The notes under the pieces were generated by a model. The model had not been told where the DNA came from, did no database searches, and saw only the letters and a list, made by a program, of their open reading frames with translations. Below, in pieces: positions 53,831 to 64,000 of a stretch of 64,000 nt of DNA. Both the position numbers and the translations under genes were made by a program. The stretch is from NCBI GenBank assembly GCA_964016885.1, contig OZ024741.1:256804001-256868000 (forward strand). Direction: 5' to 3'. Every line of letters begins with the position of its first letter. Position 1 is the stretch's first letter. Source of the DNA: Eledone cirrhosa. Taxonomy: Eukaryota.

Positions 53831-56800
53831 TGACTTACGAGTGTTTTGACTTACGGGTGTTTCGGCCTACGAGTGTTTCGACTTACGAGTGTTCTGACTT
53901 ACGAGTGTTCTGACTTACGAGCGTTCCGACTTACGAGTGTTTCGGCTTACGAGTGTTCCGACTTACGAGTGTTTCGACTTACGAGTGTTTCGACTTACGA
54001 GCGTTTTGACCTACGAGTGTTTTGACTTACGGTGTTTCTGCTTACGAGTGTTTCGACTTACGAGGGTTAAGACTTACGGGTGTTTTGACATACGAGTGTT
54101 TCGACTTACGAGTGTTACCAGTGTTCTGACTTACGAGTGTTTCGACTTACGAGTGTTCTGACCTACGAGTGTTCTGACTTACGAGTGTTTCGACTTACGA
54201 GTGTTTTGACTTACGGGTGTTTCGACTTACGAGTGTTTCGACTTACGAGTGTTTCGAGTTACGGGTGTTTTGACATACGAGTGTTTCGATACGAGTGTTT
54301 CGACTTACGAGTGTTTTGACTTACGGGTGTTTTGACATACGAGTGTTTCGAAACGAGTGTTTCGACTACGAGTGTTTCGACTTACGAGTGTTTCGGCTTA
54401 CGAGTGTTTCGACATACGGGTGTTTCGATTTACGGTGTTTCGGCTTACGAGTGTTTCGACTTACGAATGTTCTGACTTACGAGTGTTCTGACTTACGAGT
54501 GTTCTGACTTACGAGTGTTCTGACTTACGATTGTTCCGACTTACGAGTGTTTCGGCTTACGAGTGTTTCGGCTTACGAGTGTTTCGACTTACGAGTGTTT
54601 CGATTTACGAGTGTTTCGACTTACGAGTGTTTTGACTTACGGTGTTTCGGCTTACGAGTGTTTCGGCTTACGAGTGTTTCGGCTTATGAGTGTTTCGACT
54701 TACAAGTGTTTTGACTTACGGGTGTTTTGACATACGAGTGTTTCGATACGAGTGTTCTGACTTACGAGTGTTTCCGCTTACGAGTGTTTCGGCTTACGAG
54801 TGTTTCGACTTACTAATGTTTTTACTTACGAGTGTTTCGGTGTACGAGTGTTTCGACTTAAGGATGTTTCGACTTACGAGTGTTTCGACTTACGAGTGTT
54901 TCGACTTACGAGTGTTTCGACTTACGAGTGTTTTGGCTTACGAATGTTTTGACATACGGGTGTTTCGACTTACGGGTGTTTCGGCTTACGAGTGTTTCGA
55001 CTTATGAGTGTTCCGACTTACGAGTGTTTCGACTTACGAGTGTTCTGACTACGAGTGTTCTGACTTACGTGTGCTCTGACTTACGAGTGTTTCGACTTAC
55101 GAGTGTTCCGACTTACGAGTGTTTCGACTTACGAGTGTTTCGACTTACGAGCGTTTTGACTTACGAGTGTTTTGACTTACGGTGTTTCTGCTTACGAGTG
55201 TTTAGACTTACGAGGGTTAAGACTTACGGGTGTTTTGACATACGAGTGTTGCGACTTACGAGTGTTACGAGTGTTCTGACTTACGAGTGTTTCGACTTAC
55301 GAGTGTTCTGACCTACGAGTGTTCTGACTTACGAGTGTTTCGACTTACGAGTGTTTCGAGTTATGAGTGTTCCGACTTACGAGTGTTTCGACTTACGAGT
55401 GTTCTGACTACGAGTGTTCTGACTTACGGGTGCTCTGACTTACGAGTGTTTCGACTTACGAGTGTTTCGACTTATGAGTGTTTCGGCTTACGAGTGTTTT
55501 GACTTACGAGTGTTCTGACTACGAGTGTTCTGACTTACGAGTGTTTCGGCTTATGAGTGTTTCGACTTACGAGTGTTTCGGCTTATGAGTGTTTCGACTT
55601 ACGAGTGTTTCGGCTTACGAGTGTTTCGACTTACGAGTGTTTCGACTTACGAGTGTTTCAACTTACGAGTGTTTCGACTTACGAGTGTTTCGACTTACGG
55701 GTGTTTCGACTTACGGTGTTTCGGCTTACGAGTGTTTCGACTTACGAGTGTTCTGACTTACGAGTGTTCTGACTTACGAGTGTTCCGACTTACGAGTGTT
55801 TCGGCTTACGAGTGTTTCGGCTTACGAGTGTTTCGACTTACGAGTGTTTCGACTTACGAGTGTTTCGACTTACGAGTGTTTCGACTTACGAGTGTTTCGG
55901 CTTACGAGTGTTTCGACTTATGAGTGTTTTGACTTACGGGTGTTTTGACATACGAGTGTTTCGATACGAGTGTTCTGACTTACGAGTGTTCTGACTTACG
56001 AGTGTTCTGACTTACGAGTGTTCTGACTTACGAGTGTTCCGATTTACGAGTGTTTCGGCTTATGAGTGTTTCGACTTACGAATGTTTTTGCTTACGGGTG
56101 TTTCGACTTACGAATGTTTTTGCTTACGAGTGTTTCGGCTTACGAGTGTTTCGACTTACGAGTGTTTCGGCTTACGAGTGTTTTGACTTACGAATGTTCT
56201 GACTACGAGTGTTCTGACTTACGAGTGTTTCGGCTTATGAGTGTTTCGGCTTACGAGTGTTTCGACATACGGGTGTTTCGACTTACGGTGTTTCGGCTTA
56301 CGAGTGTTTCGACTTACGAGTGTTCTGACTTACGAGTGTTCTGACTTACGAGTGTTCTGACTTACGAGTGTTCCGACTTACGAGTGTTTCGGCTTACGAG
56401 TGTTTCGGCTTACGAGTGTTTCGGCTTACGAGTGTTTCGACTTACGAGTGTTTCGACTTACGAGTGTTTCGACTTACGAGTGTTTTGACTTACGGTGTTT
56501 CGGCTTACGAGTGTTTCGACTTACGAATGTTTTGACTTACTGGTGTTTTGACATACGAGTGTTTCGATACGAGTGTTTCGACTTACGAGTGTTCTGACTT
56601 ACGAGTGTTCTGACTTACGAGTTTTCTGACTGACGAGTGTTCTAACTTACGAGTGTTCTGACTTACGAGTGTTCTGACTTACGAGTGTTCCGACTTACGA
56701 GTGTTTCGGCTCACCAGTGTTTCGGCTTACGAGTGTTTCGACTTACGAAAATAACAAATAGACGCGGTTTCAAATCTCTATACTTTTCAAATTCATTACA

Positions 56801-59800
56801 TTAATCTTTATTTATACGTTTCGCTTTACGAGTGTTTCGACTTACGAGTGTTTCGACTTACGAGTGTTTCGGCTTACGATTGTTTTGACTTACGAGTGTT
56901 TTGACTTACGGGTGTTTCGGCCTACGAGTGTTTCGACTTACGAGTGTTCTGACTTACGAGTGTTCTGACTTACGAGCGTTCCGACTTACGAGTGTTTCGG
57001 CTTACGAGTGTTCCGACTTACGAGTGTTTCGACTTACGAGTGTTTCGACTTACGAGCGTTTTGACTTACGAGTGTTTTGACTTACGGTGTTTCTGCTTAC
57101 GAGTGTTTCGACTTACGAGGGTTAAGACTTACGGGTGTTTTGACATACGAGTGTTTCGACTTACGAGTGTTACCAGTGTTCTGACTTACGAGTGTTTCGA
57201 CTTACGAGTGTTCTGACCTACGAGTGTTCTGACTTACGAGTGTTTCGACTTACGAGTGTTTTGACTTACGGGTGTTTCGACTTACGAGTGTTTCGACTTA
57301 CGAGTGTTTCGAGTTACGGGTGTTTCGACTTACGAGTGTTTTGACTTACGAGTGTTAAGACTTACGGGTGTTTTGACATACGAGTGTTTCGATACGAGTG
57401 TTTCGACTTACGAGTGTTTTGACTTACGGGTGTTTTGACATACGAGTGTTTCGAAACGAGTGTTTCGACTACGAGTGTTTCGACTTACGAGTGTTTCGGC
57501 TTACGAGTGTTTCGACATACGGGTGTTTCGATTTACGGTGTTTCGGCTTACGAGTGTTTCGACTTACGAATGTTCTGACTTACGAGTGTTCTGACTTACG
57601 AGTGTTCTGACTTACGAGTGTTCTGACTTACGATTGTTCCGACTTACGAGTGTTTCGGCTTACGAGTGTTTCGGCTTACGAGTGTTTCGACTTACGAGTG
57701 TTTCGATTTACGAGTGTTTCGACTTACGAGTGCTTTGACTTACGGTGTTTCGGCTTACGAGTGTTTCGACTTACGAGTGATTTGACTTACTGGTGTTTTG
57801 ACATACGAGGGTTTCGATACGAGTGTTTCGACTTACGAGTGTTTTAACTTACGGTTGTTTCGAATTACGCGTGTTTCGACTACGAATGTTCCGACTTACG
57901 AGTGTTTCGACTTACGAGTGTTTCGACTTACGAGTGCTTTGACTTACGAATGTTTTGACTTACTTCGACTTACGAGTGATCTGACTTACGAGTGTTCCTA
58001 CTTACGAGTGTTTCGACTTACGAGTGTTTCGACTTGCGAGTGTTTCGACATACGAGTGTTTCGACTTACGAAAATAACAAATAGACGCGGTTTCAAATCT
58101 CTATGCTTTTCAAATTCATTACATTAATCTTTATTTATACGTTTCGCTTTACGAGTGTTTCGAGTTACGAGTGTTTCGACATACGAGTGATTCGGCTAAC
58201 GAGTGTTTTGATTTACGAGTGTTTTGACTTACGGGTGCTTCGACTTACGCGTGTTTCGACTTACGAGTGTTTCGACTTACGAGTGTTTCGACTTACGATT
58301 GTTTCGGCTTACGAATGTTTCGACTTACGAGTGTTCTGACTACGAGTGTTCTGACTTACGGGTGTTCTGACTTACGAGTGTTCCGACTTACGAGTGTTTC
58401 GGCTTATGAGTGTTTCGACTTACAAGTGCTTCGACTTACGAGTGTTTCGGCTTACGGGTGTTTCGACTTACGAATGTTTTTGCTTACGAGTGTTTCGGCT
58501 TACGAGTGTTTCGGCTTATGAGTGTTTCGACTTACAAGTGTTTTGACTTACGGGTGTTTTGACATACGAGTGTTTCGATACGAGTGTTCTGACTTACGAG
58601 TGTTTCCGCTTACGAGTGTTTCGGCTTACGAGTGTTTCGACTTACTAATGTTTTTACTTACGAGTGTTTCGGTGTACGAGTGTTTCGACTTAAGGATGTT
58701 TCGACTTACGAGTGTTTCGACTTACGAGTGTTTCGACTTACGAGTGTTTCGACTTACGAGTGTTTTGGCTTACGAATGTTTTGACATACGGGTGTTTCGA
58801 CTTACGGGTGTTTCGGCTTACGAGTGTTTCGACTTATGAGTGTTCCGACTTACGAGTGTTTCGACTTACGAGTGTTCTGACTACGAGTGTTCTGACTTAC
58901 GTGTGCTCTGACTTACGAGTGTTTCGACTTACGAGTGTTCCGACTTACGAGTGTTTCGACTTACGAGTGTTTCGACTTACGAGCGTTTTGACTTACGAGT
59001 GTTTTGACTTACGGTGTTTCTGCTTACGAGTGTTTAGACTTACGAGGGTTAAGACTTACGGGTGTTTTGACATACGAGTGTTTCGACTTACGAGTGTTAC
59101 GAGTGTTTCGACTTATGAGTGTTCCGACTTACGAGTGTTTCGACTTACGAGTGTTCTGACTACGAGTGTTCTGACTTACGGGTGCTCTGACTTACGAGTG
59201 TTTCGACTTACGAGTGTTTCGACTTATGAGTGTTTCGGCTTACGAGTGTTTTGACTTACGAGTGTTCTGACTACGAGTGTTCTGACTTACGAGTGTTTCG
59301 GCTTATGAGTGTTTCGACTTACGAGTGTTTCGGCTTATGAGTGTTTCGACTTACGAGTGTTTCGGCTTACGAGTGTTTCGACTTACGAGTGTTTCGACTT
59401 ACGAGTGTTTCAACTTACGAGTGTTTCGACTTACGAGTGTTTCGACTTACGGGTGTTTCGACTTACGAGTGTTTCGACTACGAGTGTTTCGACTTACGAG
59501 TGTTTCGGCTTACGAGTGTTTCGACATACGGGTGTTTCGACTTACGGTGTTTCGGCTTACGAGTGTTTCGACTTACGAGTGTTCTGACTTACGAGTGTTC
59601 TGACTTACGAGTGTTTCGGCTTACGAGTGTTTCGGCTTACGAGTGTTTCGGCTTACGAGTGTTTCGACTTACGAGTGTTTCGACTTACGAGTGTTTCGAC
59701 TTACGAGTGTTTCGACTTACGGTGTTTCGGCTTACGAGTGTTTCGACTTACGAGTGTTTTGACTTACTGGTGTTTTGACATACGAGTGTTTCGATACGAG

Positions 59801-62800
59801 TGTTTCGACTTACGAGTGTTCTGACTTACGAGTGTTTTGACTTACGGGTGTTTCGGCCTACGAGTGTTTCGACTTACGAGTGTTCTGACTTACGAGTGTT
59901 CTGACTTACGAGCGTTCCGACTTACGAGTGTTTCGGCTTACGAGTGTTCCGACTTACGAGTGTTTCGACTTACGAGTGTTTCGACTTACGAGCGTTTTGA
60001 CCTACGAGTGTTTTGACTTACGGTGTTTCTGCTTACGAGTGTTTCGACTTACGAGGGTTAAGACTTACGGGTGTTTTGACATACGAGTGTTTCGACTTAC
60101 GAGTGTTACCAGTGTTCTGACTTACGAGTGTTTCGACTTACGAGTGTTCTGACCTACGAGTGTTCTGACTTACGAGTGTTTCGACTTACGAGTGTTTTGA
60201 CTTACGGGTGTTTCGACTTACGAGTGTTTCGACTTACGAGTGTTTCGAGTTACGGGTGTTTTGACATACGAGTGTTTCGATACGAGTGTTTCGACTTACG
60301 AGTGTTTTGACTTACGGGTGTTTTGACATACGAGTGTTTCGAAACGAGTGTTTCGACTACGAGTGTTTCGACTTACGAGTGTTTCGGCTTACGAGTGTTT
60401 CGACATACGGGTGTTTCGATTTACGGTGTTTCGGCTTACGAGTGTTTCGACTTACGAATGTTCTGACTTACGAGTGTTCTGACTTACGAGTGTTCTGACT
60501 TACGAGTGTTCTGACTTACGATTGTTCCGACTTACGAGTGTTTCGGCTTACGAGTGTTTCGGCTTACGAGTGTTTCGACTTACGAGTGTTTCGATTTACG
60601 AGTGTTTCGACTTACGAGTGTTTTGACTTACGGTGTTTCGGCTTACGAGTGTTTCGGCTTACGAGTGTTTCGGCTTATGAGTGTTTCGACTTACAAGTGT
60701 TTTGACTTACGGGTGTTTTGACATACGAGTGTTTCGATACGAGTGTTCTGACTTACGAGTGTTTCCGCTTACGAGTGTTTCGGCTTACGAGTGTTTCGAC
60801 TTACTAATGTTTTTACTTACGAGTGTTTCGGTGTACGAGTGTTTCGACTTAAGGATGTTTCGACTTACGAGTGTTTCGACTTACGAGTGTTTCGACTTAC
60901 GAGTGTTTCGACTTACGAGTGTTTTGGCTTACGAATGTTTTGACATACGGGTGTTTCGACTTACGGGTGTTTCGGCTTACGAGTGTTTCGACTTATGAGT
61001 GTTCCGACTTACGAGTGTTTCGACTTACGAGTGTTCTGACTACGAGTGTTCTGACTTACGTGTGCTCTGACTTACGAGTGTTTCGACTTACGAGTGTTCC
61101 GACTTACGAGTGTTTCGACTTACGAGTGTTTCGACTTACGAGCGTTTTGACTTACGAGTGTTTTGACTTACGGTGTTTCTGCTTACGAGTGTTTAGACTT
61201 ACGAGGGTTAAGACTTACGGGTGTTTTGACATACGAGTGTTGCGACTTACGAGTGTTACGAGTGTTCTGACTTACGAGTGTTTCGACTTACGAGTGTTCT
61301 GACCTACGAGTGTTCTGACTTACGAGTGTTTCGACTTACGAGTGTTTCGAGTTATGAGTGTTCCGACTTACGAGTGTTTCGACTTACGAGTGTTCTGACT
61401 ACGAGTGTTCTGACTTACGGGTGCTCTGACTTACGAGTGTTTCGACTTACGAGTGTTTCGACTTATGAGTGTTTCGGCTTACGAGTGTTTTGACTTACGA
61501 GTGTTCTGACTACGAGTGTTCTGACTTACGAGTGTTTCGGCTTATGAGTGTTTCGACTTACGAGTGTTTCGGCTTATGAGTGTTTCGACTTACGAGTGTT
61601 TCGGCTTACGAGTGTTTCGACTTACGAGTGTTTCGACTTACGAGTGTTTCAACTTACGAGTGTTTCGACTTACGAGTGTTTCGACTTACGGGTGTTTCGA
61701 CTTACGGTGTTTCGGCTTACGAGTGTTTCGACTTACGAGTGTTCTGACTTACGAGTGTTCTGACTTACGAGTGTTCCGACTTACGAGTGTTTCGGCTTAC
61801 GAGTGTTTCGGCTTACGAGTGTTTCGACTTACGAGTGTTTCGACTTACGAGTGTTTCGACTTACGAGTGTTTCGACTTACGAGTGTTTCGGCTTACGAGT
61901 GTTTCGACTTATGAGTGTTTTGACTTACGGGTGTTTTGACATACGAGTGTTTCGATACGAGTGTTCTGACTTACGAGTGTTCTGACTTACGAGTGTTCTG
62001 ACTTACGAGTGTTCTGACTTACGAGTGTTCCGATTTACGAGTGTTTCGGCTTATGAGTGTTTCGACTTACGAATGTTTTTGCTTACGGGTGTTTCGACTT
62101 ACGAATGTTTTTGCTTACGAGTGTTTCGGCTTACGAGTGTTTCGACTTACGAGTGTTTCGGCTTACGAGTGTTTTGACTTACGAATGTTCTGACTACGAG
62201 TGTTCTGACTTACGAGTGTTTCGGCTTATGAGTGTTTCGGCTTACGAGTGTTTCGACATACGGGTGTTTCGACTTACGGTGTTTCGGCTTACGAGTGTTT
62301 CGACTTACGAGTGTTCTGACTTACGAGTGTTCTGACTTACGAGTGTTCTGACTTACGAGTGTTCCGACTTACGAGTGTTTCGGCTTACGAGTGTTTCGGC
62401 TTACGAGTGTTTCGGCTTACGAGTGTTTCGACTTACGAGTGTTTCGACTTACGAGTGTTTCGACTTACGAGTGTTTTGACTTACGGTGTTTCGGCTTACG
62501 AGTGTTTCGACTTACGAATGTTTTGACTTACTGGTGTTTTGACATACGAGTGTTTCGATACGAGTGTTTCGACTTACGAGTGTTCTGACTTACGAGTGTT
62601 CTGACTTACGAGTTTTCTGACTGACGAGTGTTCTAACTTACGAGTGTTCTGACTTACGAGTGTTCTGACTTACGAGTGTTCCGACTTACGAGTGTTTCGG
62701 CTCACCAGTGTTTCGGCTTACGAGTGTTTCGACTTACGAAAATAACAAATAGACGCGGTTTCAAATCTCTATACTTTTCAAATTCATTACATTAATCTTT

Positions 62801-64000
62801 ATTTATACGTTTCGCTTTACGAGTGTTTCGACTTACGAGTGTTTCGACTTACGAGTGTTTCGGCTTACGATTGTTTTGACTTACGAGTGTTTTGACTTAC
62901 GGGTGTTTCGGCCTACGAGTGTTTCGACTTACGAGTGTTCTGACTTACGAGTGTTCTGACTTACGAGCGTTCCGACTTACGAGTGTTTCGGCTTACGAGT
63001 GTTCCGACTTACGAGTGTTTCGACTTACGAGTGTTTCGACTTACGAGCGTTTTGACTTACGAGTGTTTTGACTTACGGTGTTTCTGCTTACGAGTGTTTC
63101 GACTTACGAGGGTTAAGACTTACGGGTGTTTTGACATACGAGTGTTTCGACTTACGAGTGTTACCAGTGTTCTGACTTACGAGTGTTTCGACTTACGAGT
63201 GTTCTGACCTACGAGTGTTCTGACTTACGAGTGTTTCGACTTACGAGTGTTTTGACTTACGGGTGTTTCGACTTACGAGTGTTTCGACTTACGAGTGTTT
63301 CGAGTTACGGGTGTTTCGACTTACGAGTGTTTTGACTTACGAGTGTTAAGACTTACGGGTGTTTTGACATACGAGTGTTTCGATACGAGTGTTTCGACTT
63401 ACGAGTGTTTTGACTTACGGGTGTTTTGACATACGAGTGTTTCGAAACGAGTGTTTCGACTACGAGTGTTTCGACTTACGAGTGTTTCGGCTTACGAGTG
63501 TTTCGACATACGGGTGTTTCGATTTACGGTGTTTCGGCTTACGAGTGTTTCGACTTACGAATGTTCTGACTTACGAGTGTTCTGACTTACGAGTGTTCTG
63601 ACTTACGAGTGTTCTGACTTACGATTGTTCCGACTTACGAGTGTTTCGGCTTACGAGTGTTTCGGCTTACGAGTGTTTCGACTTACGAGTGTTTCGATTT
63701 ACGAGTGTTTCGACTTACGAGTGCTTTGACTTACGGTGTTTCGGCTTACGAGTGTTTCGACTTACGAGTGATTTGACTTACTGGTGTTTTGACATACGAG
63801 GGTTTCGATACGAGTGTTTCGACTTACGAGTGTTTTAACTTACGGTTGTTTCGAATTACGCGTGTTTCGACTACGAATGTTCCGACTTACGAGTGTTTCG
63901 ACTTACGAGTGTTTCGACTTACGAGTGCTTTGACTTACGAATGTTTTGACTTACTTCGACTTACGAGTGATCTGACTTACGAGTGTTCCTACTTACGAGT
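53831..64000 (+). repeat. Higher-order repeat, period 5991 bp (~53831-58009 repeated at ~59822-64000, truncated by the window end)
   Basis: Offsets 53937/59928, 54880/60871 and 57650/63641. Shared private variants GTGTTGCGAC (~55251/61242), TTTTGACCTACG (~54011/60002) and GAGTTTTCTGACTGACG (~56622/62613). Confidence 0.93.

Larger units (their letters stand above)
1..64000 (+). repeat. Tandem satellite array, 16-bp monomer GACTTACGAGTGTTTC, running off both ends of the window
   Basis: The monomer is read directly throughout (e.g. the pure run at ~2550-2630). All copies are head-to-tail in one orientation. Common variants are TTTC>TTCT/TTTT/TTCC, GAC>GGC, CGAG>CGGG/CGAA and CTTAC>CATAC, plus 15-, 14-, 10- and 9-bp deletion monomers. 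Confidence 0.99.

Noticed and set aside
61-62810. CRISPR array (conserved element separated by variable spacers)
   Set aside because: The intervening sequences are satellite monomers of 0.25-4.6 kb rather than unique 25-45 bp spacers. The 69-bp element is too long for a typical repeat, and there is no leader or cas gene.
145-63838. All ORFs in the supplied track (MFRLTSV..., MLFKFITLIF..., etc.)
   Set aside because: They are overlapping translations of the 16-mer in all three plus frames, mostly from GTG/TTG starts. They have no domain content, are broken by frequent frameshifting monomers and TGA variants, and show no sign of frame preservation.
1-64000. Telomerase-made telomeric repeat (long yeast-type unit, T/G-skewed strand)
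   Set aside because: The consensus has no G-run. Multi-kb higher-order duplications with inherited variants and inserts indicate recombinational amplification rather than templated addition. A subtelomeric location cannot be excluded.

Overview
The whole 64-kb window is one uninterrupted, single-orientation satellite array. It is built from a 16-bp monomer (consensus GACTTACGAGTGTTTC) with recurrent substitution variants and 9-15 bp deletion variants. About 56 copies (manual count) of a conserved ~69-bp AT-rich element interrupt the array, always at the same phase of the monomer. These inserts fall into six subtypes that recur in the order A-A-B-C-(D/E)-F. They mark nested higher-order repeats and recent duplications with periods of about 1.07, 1.25, 1.79, 3.8, 6.0, 10.4, 10.9 and 12.06 kb. 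I found no credible protein-coding gene, RNA gene, CRISPR array or intact transposon. All listed ORFs are translations of the stop-free plus-strand 16-mer. The architecture looks like eukaryotic heterochromatic or (peri)centromeric satellite, but neither organism nor function can be determined from the sequence alone.
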